From Pedobacter sp. R-06 (lineage in GTDB: Bacteria > Bacteroidota > Bacteroidia > Sphingobacteriales > Sphingobacteriaceae): 64,000 nt of DNA. Of the stretch, positions 49,779 through 59,605 are shown piece by piece. The DNA lies in the NCBI RefSeq assembly GCF_049913135.1, contig NZ_CP183977.1, positions 4,400,053 to 4,464,052 on the forward strand, read 5' to 3'. The notes beneath the pieces were generated by a model. That model saw nothing but the letters and a program-made list of their open reading frames with translations, was not told the origin of the DNA and made no database searches. Positions within the stretch are counted from its first letter, which is position 1. Every line of letters begins with the position of its first letter. Made by a program: the position numbers and the translations under genes.

Positions 49779-50636
49779 ATGCGGATTAAAATAAACCATG
49801 CGGTTAACTATATCTGTTCGGTGGTTTTGCTTTGCGGAATCTTATCATGCAACAAAAGCATCCATACTTTTGGAAAAACCAAAATCGAAAAAAGTATTGA
49901 TTCTATCTACCTTAAACAGAGAATAGCCGAAATAAAAGGTTTAAATATCGATATTTTTACGAAAGGGTCATTCAAGGGCACTGCCGACACATCAATTGTA
50001 TACCGTTTGTTAAAACCAAAAAGTACAAACCGAAAACTTCCACTGGTGATTGTATTTCATGGCTCAAACGCGGTTGGAAACGACAATACCAGCCAGCTGG
50101 GCATTTTGGCAAAACTATTTGCCACGGATGAAATACAAGCAAAATACCCAACTTTTGTTTTGGCACCACAATTCCCTTCCCGATCATCAAATTACGTACT
50201 GGATCATAGTAGAAATGTGTTGACTTCGGCACCACAATCCTGCTTAACGACCGCTTTACAACTGATTGACAGTTTAAAAAACACTTTAAACGTTGATGAG
50301 AAAAGAATTTACCTCATCGGTTTTTCGATGGGTGCTTCTTCGGTGATCAACGCCTTAGCATTAAAACCAGCTATATTTGCAGCAGGGATCAGTATTTCGG
50401 GGATACCTCAATTTAATCAGGTAAATCGACTCGCAAACATTCCAATCTGGCTGATCCATGGCAATATAGATGCCGAAAACCCTTTCAATAGCGACAAGCA
50501 ATTCTTTGAAGAGGTAAGCTATAAAAACAAAACCAGGTTTTGGGAATTCGACAATCTGGCCCACAACGATATATTTGCTCCAGTAATATTAACCGATGAA
50601 TTACCGAAGTGGTTATTTAAAAACAAACGCAAATAA
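49779..50636 (+). CDS. alpha/beta hydrolase (esterase/peptidase S9-like)
   Basis: Nucleophile elbow GFSMGAS. Oxyanion motif HGSN. 285 aa. N-terminal signal or lipoprotein sequence. Confidence 0.7.
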   Translation: MRIKINHAVNYICSVVLLCGILSCNKSIHTFGKTKIEKSIDSIYLKQRIAEIKGLNIDIFTKGSFKGTADTSIVYRLLKPKSTNRKLPLVIVFHGSNAVGNDNTSQLGILAKLFATDEIQAKYPTFVLAPQFPSRSSNYVLDHSRNVLTSAPQSCLTTALQLIDSLKNTLNVDEKRIYLIGFSMGASSVINALALKPAIFAAGISISGIPQFNQVNRLANIPIWLIHGNIDAENPFNSDKQFFEEVSYKNKTRFWEFDNLAHNDIFAPVILTDELPKWLFKNKRK

Positions 50637-50892
50637 CTGCATTAACCCTGCCACCTAAACCCGGTTGGAGTGAAAATCCTTTTTAAAACCCGAAAGGTTT
50701 AAAAAGATTGAAACGGAAAACGGGACTGAGGTAAGCTAAGCCCACTACAGCCGCTTTCCAAACAAAAAACATATGTTCTTATTGCAATCATAACCTCAAT
50801 TTAAACCTCCTCCACCCCACCTTTTCCATTACCTATCTTACACCTATCGTTACTTCCTTATTTTCAAACATTTAGCTTAAAAAACTATTTAC

Positions 50893-50932
50893 TTGATTCT
50901 CTGTGAAATACAAAATATTAACCTTACCTTTG
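50893..50932 (+). promoter_or_regulatory. candidate Bacteroidota sigma-A promoter (TAnnTTTG -7 box) for the DEAD-box helicase gene
   Basis: TACCTTTG at 50925-50932, about 27 nt upstream of the ATG at 50959. Upstream TTG at 50893-95, spacing longer than consensus. Confidence 0.25.
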
Positions 50933-50958
50933 CGGCTCAATTAAAAATAAAAAGACGA

Positions 50959-52860
50959 ATGACAAACCCATTTCAATTATTGGGGATAAGTGATGACGTC
51001 GTTAATGCCGTAAAGGATCTTGGATTTGAAACTCCAACACCTATTCAGGAGCAAAGTATTCCTGTACTGTTAGAAGGCACTAATGATTTTGTTGGTTTGG
51101 CCCAAACAGGAACAGGAAAAACAGCCGCATTTGGTTTGCCGCTGTTAGAACTAATCGATTTTAAAGTAACAAAACCACAGGCATTAATTTTATGTCCTAC
51201 CCGTGAGTTATGCTTGCAAATCGCTAACGACCTTAAAAACTTTTCTAAAAACGTTGCTAATGCCCACGTTGTTGCCGTTTACGGTGGCGCGAACATTATG
51301 CAACAACTACGCGAAATACGCCAAGGCGTTCAGATCGTAGTGGCCACGCCCGGCCGTATGTTGGATATCATTGGCCGTAAAGCCATTGACTTCACTAACG
51401 TTAAATATGTTGTGCTTGATGAAGCTGACGAGATGTTGAACATGGGTTTCCAAGACGACATTAACGACATTTTATCAACTACTCCTGATGACAAAAAAAC
51501 CTGGTTATTCTCGGCTACCATGCCTGCAGAAGTTCGCCGTATAGCTAAAAACTATATGGATAACCCTGTTGAATTAACCATGGGCACAAAAAATACAGGT
51601 AATGTAAACATCGAACACGAATATTACATTGTTCGTGCACGTGACAAATACGCTGCCTTAAAACGTATTGTAGATTTTAACCCTGAAATTTTTGCTGTAG
51701 TATTTTGTAAAACCAAATTGGATACACAAGATGTTGCCGAGCACTTAATTAAAGATGGTTACAATGCTGATGCTTTACACGGCGATTTATCGCAACAACA
51801 ACGTGATAAAGTAATGCAACGTTTCCGTGAGCGTAACATGCAATTGTTAATTGCTACTGATGTTGCCGCACGTGGTATCGATGTAAACAATGTAACACAC
51901 GTAATAAACTACTCTTTACCTGACGAAATTGAAAGTTATACCCACCGCTCTGGCCGTACTGGCCGCGCTGGTAAAACAGGTATTTCTATCTGTATCATCA
52001 ACTCTAAAGAATTAGGAAAAATCCGCCAGTTAGAGCGCATTATTGGTAAACAATTTACTAAAGCTGAGTTACCTACAGGATTTGACGTTTGTGAAAAACA
52101 ATTATTCTCTCTGGTACATAAAGTACACAATGTAGAAGTTAATAACGAACAGATTGATCAGTACATCCCTCGTATTATGGATGAATTTGCTGATTTATCA
52201 AAAGAAGATGTAATTAAACGTTTTGCTTCATTAGAATTTAACCGTTTCTTGGATTACTATTCTAAAGCGCCTGATTTAAATGCTGCGGCTGGCGATGATC
52301 GTGGTGCTGACAGAGGCGAAAGAGGTGCTGGACGTGGACGTGGTAGCGAAGGCTACACCCGCTTGTTCATCAACTTGGGTTCTGTAGATGAGTTTACCCG
52401 TGGCGATATGTTATCATTTATCTGTAACAATGGTAAAATTGGTGGCAAAAGCGTTGGTAAAATCGATTTAAAAGGTGTTTTCTCTTTCTTTGAAGTGGAA
52501 GATGATGTAGCTGACAAAGTTTTTGAAGGCTTTAAATCTGTTGAATTTAACGGTCGTCAGGTACGTATCGAGAAAAGCGGAGACGGTGGTCGTGGTGAAG
52601 GTGCTGGAGAAAGACGCGGTGGCGGTGAAAGACGTAGCGGTGGTTTCGGCGGTGAACGCAGGAGCGGCGGTGGCGGTGGTTACCGTGGCGGTGGTGATAG
52701 AAGATCTGGCGGTGGTAGCGGAAGACGCGAAGGCGGAAACAGCGGTGGCGGTTTCAGAGATTTCTCTGGACGTAGCCGTGACGACAAAGGTGGCAACACC
52801 GGTGGCCCACGCAGAGAAGGCGGAAACCGTGAAGGTGGCGAACGCAGAAAAAAATGGTAA
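50959..52860 (+). CDS. DEAD-box ATP-dependent RNA helicase with C-terminal DbpA-type RNA-binding domain and Gly/Arg-rich (RGG) tail
   Basis: Q-motif and Walker A AQTGTGKT. DEAD box VLDEADEM. SAT. HRSGRTGRAG. Last ~120 aa are GGxRR/RGG repeats. Start taken at MTNPFQLLGI (ORF track begins at 50893). Confidence 0.9.
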   Translation: MTNPFQLLGISDDVVNAVKDLGFETPTPIQEQSIPVLLEGTNDFVGLAQTGTGKTAAFGLPLLELIDFKVTKPQALILCPTRELCLQIANDLKNFSKNVANAHVVAVYGGANIMQQLREIRQGVQIVVATPGRMLDIIGRKAIDFTNVKYVVLDEADEMLNMGFQDDINDILSTTPDDKKTWLFSATMPAEVRRIAKNYMDNPVELTMGTKNTGNVNIEHEYYIVRARDKYAALKRIVDFNPEIFAVVFCKTKLDTQDVAEHLIKDGYNADALHGDLSQQQRDKVMQRFRERNMQLLIATDVAARGIDVNNVTHVINYSLPDEIESYTHRSGRTGRAGKTGISICIINSKELGKIRQLERIIGKQFTKAELPTGFDVCEKQLFSLVHKVHNVEVNNEQIDQYIPRIMDEFADLSKEDVIKRFASLEFNRFLDYYSKAPDLNAAAGDDRGADRGERGAGRGRGSEGYTRLFINLGSVDEFTRGDMLSFICNNGKIGGKSVGKIDLKGVFSFFEVEDDVADKVFEGFKSVEFNGRQVRIEKSGDGGRGEGAGERRGGGERRSGGFGGERRSGGGGGYRGGGDRRSGGGSGRREGGNSGGGFRDFSGRSRDDKGGNTGGPRREGGNREGGERRKKW

Positions 52861-52883
52861 ATCACTAAACCAAATATTTTACA

Positions 52884-52915
52884 GCCGTCCCGATTTTTCG
52901 GGGCGGCTTTTTTTA
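52884..52915 (+). terminator. rho-independent terminator
   Basis: gccgtcccgatttttcggggcggc hairpin followed by a run of seven T. Confidence 0.8.
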
Positions 52916-52942
52916 TGAGTAAAAATTTGTTGTTTTGAGGAT

Positions 52943-53007
52943 CGTCATTTTGAGCGGAGTGCAACACAGTCGAGAACCACGAAATGCTCAGCGAAGCTAA
53001 ATCTATT
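52943..53007 (+). repeat. family-1-related repeat unit (variant)
   Basis: cgtcattttgagcggagtgcaacacagtcgagaaccacgaaatgctcagcgaagctaaatctatt. Shares a 22-nt block with the minus-strand copy at 39111-39162. Confidence 0.65.
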
Positions 53008-53046
53008 AGTATATCTGTCGGTATCTGATCAACAGACATATGTGAT

Positions 53047-53066
53047 GTCAGATGTTACCATCTGAC
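53047..53066. repeat. palindrome GTCAGATGTTACCATCTGAC (recurrent motif, copy 3)
   Basis: Perfect inverted repeat with the same core as 23846 and 23917. About 180 bp upstream of the GH29 gene. Confidence 0.5.
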
Positions 53067-53248
53067 ATATAACATAATTCTTAATTTAAGGCTTCTATAG
53101 TTACCTTCAAGCAAATATAATATCCATTTACAACTTCTTTACTAAATCAATCTACAATCATATGGTACCATCTGAATCACACCCAATTTTTGTTTAAAAA
53201 ACAGCTATAAAACATTATATTTAACGTTTAGATATACTAAACACCATC

Positions 53249-55093
53249 ATGCGTTATTTAAAGTTTTTCATCATTTTATTTTCATTATTCATCAACAGCA
53301 AGCTTTCAGCTCAACAAAAAATTTCTGATCAAAAAATGCAGTGGTTTGCTGATGCCAAACTAGGCATTTTCATCCATTGGGGTATTTATTCGGTTAATGG
53401 TATTTCCGAATCGTGGTCGTTTTTTAACAACTACATCAATCACGATGCCTACATGAAACAACTCGATGGTTTTACCGCTGCGAAATACAAACCAGAAGAA
53501 TGGGTAAACTTAATTAAAGAAAGCGGTGCTAAATATGCGGTAATTACGACCAAACATCATGATGGTGTTGCCCTTTGGGATAGTAAAGCTCCTTTAGCCA
53601 CCACAACATTAAAAAATAGTGCTGCAAAAAAAGATTTAATCACTCCATTTGTGGCTGAACTCAAAAAATCGGGTCTTAAAACAGGGTTGTATTTTTCTTT
53701 ACCGGATTGGAGCTACCCGGATTATGATGGTTTTACCCGCGACAGGAAACGTTATGATTACAAGCAGGATCCCGTACGATTTAAAAAATTCCAGAGTTAT
53801 TTCCAAGGGCAGTTAAATGAACTTTCTGCCAAATATAATCCTGATCTGGTATGGTTTGATGGCGATTGGGAGCACAGTGGAGAAGAATGGCAGGCCAAAA
53901 ATATACTATCGAACTTACGTAAGGTAAACCAGAATATCATTATCAACTCTCGCTTAAACGGGCATGGAGATTACGATACGCCAGAGCAAGGTGTTCCAGT
54001 GGTAAAACCAAGCTCACCTGAATGGGAACTTTGTTACACCATGAACGATTCGTGGGGCTATCAACCTTACGACAATCACTATAAATCATCCAACATGATT
54101 ATCCGTACCTTAGTTGATTGTATCAGCATGGGCGGTAACTTATTGCTTGATATCGGACCAAAAGCGGATGGAACTATTGCCCCAGAACAGGTTAAAATAT
54201 TAAAAGACTTAGGTCGCTGGACCAAAAAACATGGTGAAGCCATTTATGGTACACAGGCTGGGATCCCTGATGGGCATATTGTCGGTAAAACTACCTTATC
54301 CAAAAACAAAGATGTATTGTACCTGTATCTCGATTATAAAACCAAAAACGGGTTTTTACTATCAGGTATAAAATCAAAAATAAACAAGATTGAAGTAGTT
54401 GGCAGCAAAGCACAGCCATATACAATTAAGCTAAATGAAACAGATTATCTGCTTAATTTAAAAGATGCCGATTTTGACAGCGATGTAACCGTTCTAAAAG
54501 TATCATTGAACGGCCCTATTCAGCTCGATGAAAACAAACGGGAAACCCTTTCGCTCGCAGACTTATATGCTGCACCCAAACAACGGGGTTTGACCAACTT
54601 AAACCTGAGTAGGCTTGCCATTAACTTAAATGCGGGTACAAATATATTTCAAAATACTGGTTTACCTGCTGATGGCTTATACTTTAACCCTGGAATTAAA
54701 AACGTAGATCAAAAGGTTAGTAACTGGGTAATCAAAAATGCCGAGGTCCTTTACAAAACAGGCAAAGGAATCCCCAGCGGCCATTACCAGGGCAATACGG
54801 CACTTTCTGCAGATAAACAAACCCTCTACTTATTTGTAGAAGGCACACCAACCGGGCCAATTGCCATTAAAGGTTTAAAAAACAACATCAGCAGGATCAG
54901 GATTGTGGGCGAAGGCACCATGCTGCCACATGAAATTTACAACAAACTTTATTGGAGCAAAATACCGGGTATTGTCTACATTCCGGTACCTAAAGACAAA
55001 CTGGATCCTGAATTAACGGTAATTGCGGTACTTTTAGATAGCCCGATTGATTTGTACCGTGAAAAAGTTGGTGCGATAGAAAGCAATCTTTAA
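53249..55093 (+). CDS. alpha-L-fucosidase (GH29) with C-terminal accessory domains, secreted
   Basis: Signal peptide. GH29 motifs WFADAKLGIFIHWGIYSV, TTKHHDGVALWDS. 614 aa. Confidence 0.85.
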   Translation: MRYLKFFIILFSLFINSKLSAQQKISDQKMQWFADAKLGIFIHWGIYSVNGISESWSFFNNYINHDAYMKQLDGFTAAKYKPEEWVNLIKESGAKYAVITTKHHDGVALWDSKAPLATTTLKNSAAKKDLITPFVAELKKSGLKTGLYFSLPDWSYPDYDGFTRDRKRYDYKQDPVRFKKFQSYFQGQLNELSAKYNPDLVWFDGDWEHSGEEWQAKNILSNLRKVNQNIIINSRLNGHGDYDTPEQGVPVVKPSSPEWELCYTMNDSWGYQPYDNHYKSSNMIIRTLVDCISMGGNLLLDIGPKADGTIAPEQVKILKDLGRWTKKHGEAIYGTQAGIPDGHIVGKTTLSKNKDVLYLYLDYKTKNGFLLSGIKSKINKIEVVGSKAQPYTIKLNETDYLLNLKDADFDSDVTVLKVSLNGPIQLDENKRETLSLADLYAAPKQRGLTNLNLSRLAINLNAGTNIFQNTGLPADGLYFNPGIKNVDQKVSNWVIKNAEVLYKTGKGIPSGHYQGNTALSADKQTLYLFVEGTPTGPIAIKGLKNNISRIRIVGEGTMLPHEIYNKLYWSKIPGIVYIPVPKDKLDPELTVIAVLLDSPIDLYREKVGAIESNL

Positions 55094-55162
55094 TTATTTA
55101 ACAATTGTAAAATAGTGGCGCGACTTTACGATTATCCTTAAATTGCATTACTTTCGCACATC

Positions 55163-56749
55163 ATGCAGGCAAAATATATCTCATATCAGGAAACCGGATC
55201 ATTTTCAAAACTGGTTTTAGATTATATTAACGACGAAGAACAACTTAAAGCTTTTTACAGTTATCGTCCTGATATGGAGGGCTTGGCCAAAGCAATTGAG
55301 CATAGAAATTTCTTGGGTAACAGAGAAACTTTAGTTAAGGTTTTACAAGATCAATACCAGCATTTACAGCCGAATAAATCGGTTACCAAAAACATAGAAC
55401 TTTTAGGCTTAGCGAATACCTTTACGGTTACAACGGGCCACCAGTTGAACCTTTTTACCGGACCGCTTTATTTTATTTACAAAATTGTAACCACCATTAA
55501 TTTAGCCATCGAGTTAAAAATGGCCCATCCCGATAAAAATTTTGTTCCGGTTTATTGGATGGCAACAGAGGATCATGATTTTGATGAAATTAACCATGTA
55601 AGTGTTGATGAAAAGAACATCAGCTGGATACAGCAAACCAATGGTGCCACCGGAAGACTAAATACTAAAACTGTTGCCGCAGCAGTAACGGCATATAAGG
55701 GATATCTCGGTATCTCTAAAAACGGAAAACGGATTGCCAAATTGGTAGAACAGGCCTATTTGCAACACGATAATTTGGCCGATGCCACCAGGTTTCTAGT
55801 GAATAACTTATTCGAGAAATATGGCTTGGTGATTGTAAATGCAGATAATGCACAACTAAAAAAGCAATTCGCGAATATCATTACCGAAGATATTATTCAG
55901 CATAATAGTGCAAAAAATATCGACGAAAGTTCGAAAAACCTGGAGGATTTAGGCTATAAAACCCAGGTAAACGGCCGTGATATTAATTTCTTTTACCTTA
56001 TCGATAATCTGCGCGAACGTTTGATTTTTGAAAATGGCAAATATGTTGTAAACCATACTGATATCAGTTTTACAGAGACCGAATTAAAAGAAGAAATCGA
56101 ATCACATCCTGAGCGGTTTAGTCCGAATGTGGTGATGCGCCCGATGTATCAGGAAGTGATTTTGCCAAACATTGCTTATATAGGTGGCGGTGCAGAAGTA
56201 GCCTACTGGATGCAGTTAAAAGCAAATTTCGACTTTTATAAAGTTGATTTTCCAGTTTTACTATTGCGTAATTCTGCTTTATTGATTGATAAACGCAGTG
56301 CACAGAATTTATACCATTTAGGCTTTTCTTTAGAAGACATTTTCTTGCCTGTTGAAGAACTAAAAAACATTTGGGTAAAACGGAATACCACTGCCCAATT
56401 GAGCCTGGCTGATGAAACCAGGGCTATTAACAGCATTTTCGATCAAATTAAATTAAATGCCTATAAAATAGATAAAACGCTTTCTGTTTCTACTGATACG
56501 GCAAAACAACGAACCAACCATTTGTTGGCTAACCTGGAGAAGAAACTATTCCGCGCAGAGAAAAGGAAACATGAAACGGCATTGCTGCAGATTGATAATG
56601 TAAAGAAAAGGCTTTTCCCGAATGGAGCACTTCAGGAAAGAACCTTGAATATTGCACCCATGTACGTAAATTATGGGGAAGATTTTCTTTCCTCGTGTAT
56701 AGAAAACTTTGAACCACTGGGCGGCGATTTTACTGTTTTATTACCGTAA
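55163..56749 (+). CDS. bshC: bacillithiol biosynthesis cysteine-adding enzyme
   Basis: 528 aa. N-terminal YISYQETGSFSKLVLDYIN...FYSYRP is typical of the BshC/YllA family. Confidence 0.6.
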   Translation: MQAKYISYQETGSFSKLVLDYINDEEQLKAFYSYRPDMEGLAKAIEHRNFLGNRETLVKVLQDQYQHLQPNKSVTKNIELLGLANTFTVTTGHQLNLFTGPLYFIYKIVTTINLAIELKMAHPDKNFVPVYWMATEDHDFDEINHVSVDEKNISWIQQTNGATGRLNTKTVAAAVTAYKGYLGISKNGKRIAKLVEQAYLQHDNLADATRFLVNNLFEKYGLVIVNADNAQLKKQFANIITEDIIQHNSAKNIDESSKNLEDLGYKTQVNGRDINFFYLIDNLRERLIFENGKYVVNHTDISFTETELKEEIESHPERFSPNVVMRPMYQEVILPNIAYIGGGAEVAYWMQLKANFDFYKVDFPVLLLRNSALLIDKRSAQNLYHLGFSLEDIFLPVEELKNIWVKRNTTAQLSLADETRAINSIFDQIKLNAYKIDKTLSVSTDTAKQRTNHLLANLEKKLFRAEKRKHETALLQIDNVKKRLFPNGALQERTLNIAPMYVNYGEDFLSSCIENFEPLGGDFTVLLP

Positions 56750-56815
56750 TATTATTCCCGAGTCAGAAGTCCAAAGTCCGGAGTCGATCCTGATACTTAA
56801 TACTTGATACTAAAA

Positions 56816-57901
56816 ATGAACTTCATCACTTTTACCGAAACCAACCTCAGAGCTTTTACCTTTAGTGTTTTTAAAAAAATGGGCTGTTCTGATGAGCATG
56901 CCGATTTAGCAACTGATGTATTGATCCGCTCAGATTTGCGTGGAATCGACTCACATGGTGTTGCGCGTTTAAGTGGGTACGTACGTCTCTGGGAAAAGAA
57001 AAGGATTAATGCCACACCCAATATTAAAATTGTACATGAAACACCTACTACTGCCACTGTAGATGGCGATGCAGGCTTAGGCTTAGTGGTCGCACCTTTC
57101 GCGATGAAGGTTGCCATCGAAAAAGCAGAAAAATACGGTAGCGGATGGGTATCGGTTAAAAACTCTAACCATTTTGGTATTGCAGGGTACCATGCTTTAA
57201 TGGCGGTAGAAAAAGATATGATCGGCATCAGTATGACCAATGCAAGCCCTTTGGTAGCTCCTACTTATGCGAACGAACGTTTATTGGGCACCAACCCCAT
57301 GTGTTATGCATTCCCCGCAGGGAAATACCCGCCTGTAATTGTAGATATGGCTACAGCGGCGGCAGCAAACGGAAAACTGGAAATTGCTCAAAGAGCAAAT
57401 AAAAGTATTCCAGATGGCTGGGTTCAGGATAAAAGCGGAGAAAACTCTACCGACCCTAACGAATTAAAAAACGGCGGTTCGCTTTTGCCTTTGGGCAGCG
57501 ATAAAGATCATGGTAGCCATAAAGGTTATGGGTTAAGTGCTACTGTGGATATTTTGTCAGCGGTGTTATCTGGCGCCAATTACGGACCATGGGTACCTCC
57601 ATTTGTGGCTTTCTTAGAGCCATCGGCCAATCCTGTTGGCGAAGGACTTGGCCACTTTTTAGGCGCTATGCGTGTAGATGGTTTCAGACCAGCTGTAGAT
57701 TTCAAAAACCATTTAGATAATTGGGTAGAACGCTTTAAAAGTGCAAAAACGATAGATCCTGATAAAAAGGTAATTATCCCTGGCGAACCTGAACATGAAT
57801 TTGAGCAGAAAAGGAAAATCAGCGGTATTCCGATCATTGATGTTGTGGTAAAGGATCTGAATGAACTTGCGGTGAAATTGGGGATAGAAGAATTAAAATA
57901 G
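56816..57901 (+). CDS. Ldh family oxidoreductase (malate/L-lactate/L-sulfolactate dehydrogenase family 2)
   Basis: DSHGVARLSGYV and HFGIAGYHA motifs. About 360 aa. ORF track uses TTG at 56804; the ATG at 56816 is the likelier start. Confidence 0.7.
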   Translation: MNFITFTETNLRAFTFSVFKKMGCSDEHADLATDVLIRSDLRGIDSHGVARLSGYVRLWEKKRINATPNIKIVHETPTTATVDGDAGLGLVVAPFAMKVAIEKAEKYGSGWVSVKNSNHFGIAGYHALMAVEKDMIGISMTNASPLVAPTYANERLLGTNPMCYAFPAGKYPPVIVDMATAAAANGKLEIAQRANKSIPDGWVQDKSGENSTDPNELKNGGSLLPLGSDKDHGSHKGYGLSATVDILSAVLSGANYGPWVPPFVAFLEPSANPVGEGLGHFLGAMRVDGFRPAVDFKNHLDNWVERFKSAKTIDPDKKVIIPGEPEHEFEQKRKISGIPIIDVVVKDLNELAVKLGIEELK

Positions 57902-58340
57902 CTTCATTTAACCGCAAAGGGCGCTGAGAGGAAAGCGCTAAGTTAGCAAAGCGAGGTCAATACTAAGATTTTTCATCATTGCGAGTAGGCACAACAAAGC
58001 AATTTGTTAAGCCAAATCAAGAAAAATGTCCCTATCAGCTTAACCACAAGCTGTGCAAAGATAAAGTGCAAGGACGCAATAGGTATATTAATCCCATAAA
58101 ATCTTTTCTGTCATTAAATGGAGGCACAAATAAACAATCTATTTTTAACTCCTCTGAAGCTTGGAATGTTAAATCAAGAAACTAATTTCTGATAAGACTT
58201 AGCTTTTCTCATAATCAAAATATACCAACTACTGCTTAATACTTAATGGATTAAAAGATTCTTTAAAAAAACTAATAGCATTTTTATGTATATTCGATTT
58301 ATAATAATGTAATTTTAAACCTACAAGCCAAATTCAAACT

Positions 58341-59522
58341 ATGATCAAAAAAAATCTTTATTCGCTCTTTGCAGTTTTATTCATTATCATGATTTATTCC
58401 TGTGCTAAAAAACAAAATTTAGAAACCCAACAACACAGTGAAATACCTGAATCTGTTTTAGCTAGTATTAAAGAAATGGGATTTAATACCAAGGGCATAA
58501 CAATTATGAAAGATGGATATATTGTGGAAGGAGATATTTTTTTACCAAAATCTTCTCTAGGTAAGGCCACAAACTCTTCAAACTTAATCATTGCTAAATC
58601 AGAACAGTACCAAACGTATAATCTAGTTCAAAACTTACCTCGTACAATAACAATTTCTGTGTCAAATTTACCTGCTGTTTATTCCACAGCAGCAAGTAAT
58701 GCAGTGGGAAGGTATAACTCGTTAAACTTGAAAATCAACTTTCAACTTGTTAGTAGCAATGGAAATATTGAAATCATTGGCTTCAATGAAGGTCCAACTC
58801 CTACAGGCACCAAGTTAGGCTATGGTGGTTTTCCTTTTTCCGGAAATCCTTTTAATCAAATTGGATTAAATACAAATCCTGCTGCATTCGGTACAAATCC
58901 AGATGTAGGCTATATCACCTCTGTAATTCAGCATGAAATAGGCCACTGTATAGGTCTAAGACATACAGACTATTATGACCGGGGTTATAGTTGTTCAATA
59001 AGTGAGAATGAAGGCAATAGCTATAATAGTGCTGATGTCCAAAACTTTCCTGGGGCAATTCAAATCCCTGGAACTCCCGCTTCTGCTGAGCCCAATTCAT
59101 TTATGCTTGCTTGCAATAATGGCGTAGATCGTTCTTTTAATACAAATGATATCGTTGCCTTAAATTATTTATATGGTTATCCCACATATACTTACTCTTT
59201 TAGGGTTACAACCATGAGTAATACACCAACTTATTATGGATTAATACTTAATGGAACTCACATTGCTGCCACAATTTCTACCCCGCCAGTAAATACCACA
59301 GCTACCTATGTTTATAACATTAGCAGTTATAATCCAAGTTCGACACTAGTGGTAAAAATAAGTTCAGGATATATACCGGTATCTGCCACAGCAAATGCAA
59401 ACGGCTCTACAGTTAATGGAGTTATAAATGCTACCGATAAAACAATTACTTTTTCTAATCTTAACATGTCTGTACAAAATGGCTATGTTTCCATTGCACT
59501 AAAGAATTATGGATTAGATTAA
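58341..59522 (+). CDS. M57 family zinc metalloprotease (HEIGH metzincin), lipoprotein
   Basis: Lipoprotein signal LFAVLFIIMIYSCAKK. Zinc-binding HEIGHCIGLRH (HExxHxxGxxH). 393 aa. AT-rich coding sequence. Confidence 0.65.
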   Translation: MIKKNLYSLFAVLFIIMIYSCAKKQNLETQQHSEIPESVLASIKEMGFNTKGITIMKDGYIVEGDIFLPKSSLGKATNSSNLIIAKSEQYQTYNLVQNLPRTITISVSNLPAVYSTAASNAVGRYNSLNLKINFQLVSSNGNIEIIGFNEGPTPTGTKLGYGGFPFSGNPFNQIGLNTNPAAFGTNPDVGYITSVIQHEIGHCIGLRHTDYYDRGYSCSISENEGNSYNSADVQNFPGAIQIPGTPASAEPNSFMLACNNGVDRSFNTNDIVALNYLYGYPTYTYSFRVTTMSNTPTYYGLILNGTHIAATISTPPVNTTATYVYNISSYNPSSTLVVKISSGYIPVSATANANGSTVNGVINATDKTITFSNLNMSVQNGYVSIALKNYGLD

Positions 59523-59524
59523 CC

Positions 59525-59559
59525 TTAAAAAAGCCGCAGATTTAACCAGAATCTGCGGC
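59525..59559 (-). terminator. rho-independent terminator for the GH3 gene (hairpin shared with the + strand metalloprotease gene)
   Basis: gccgcagat-ttaaccaga-atctgcggc hairpin. The minus strand has a run of six T after the hairpin. Confidence 0.65.
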
Positions 59560-59605
59560 AAAATTACTTGATAATGGTTTATACCCAACCATAGGAGGTA
59601 TTTTT

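Noticed and set aside
50637-50958. Cobalamin or other riboswitch in the 322-bp region upstream of the DEAD-box helicase
   Set aside because: No B12 box or other riboswitch core. More likely a long cold-shock-type 5' UTR plus promoter. Only a weak TAnnTTTG promoter call was retained.
52523-53039. 131-aa (+) and 119-aa (-) ORFs overlapping the helicase 3' end
   Set aside because: Artefacts of the GC-rich Gly/Arg-repeat coding region. Proline/Val/Ala-rich translations with no start context.
57979-58185. 68-aa ORF in the AT-rich region upstream of the M57 protease
   Set aside because: Lys/Asn-rich translation of AT-rich DNA that contains repeat fragments. Unlikely to be coding.
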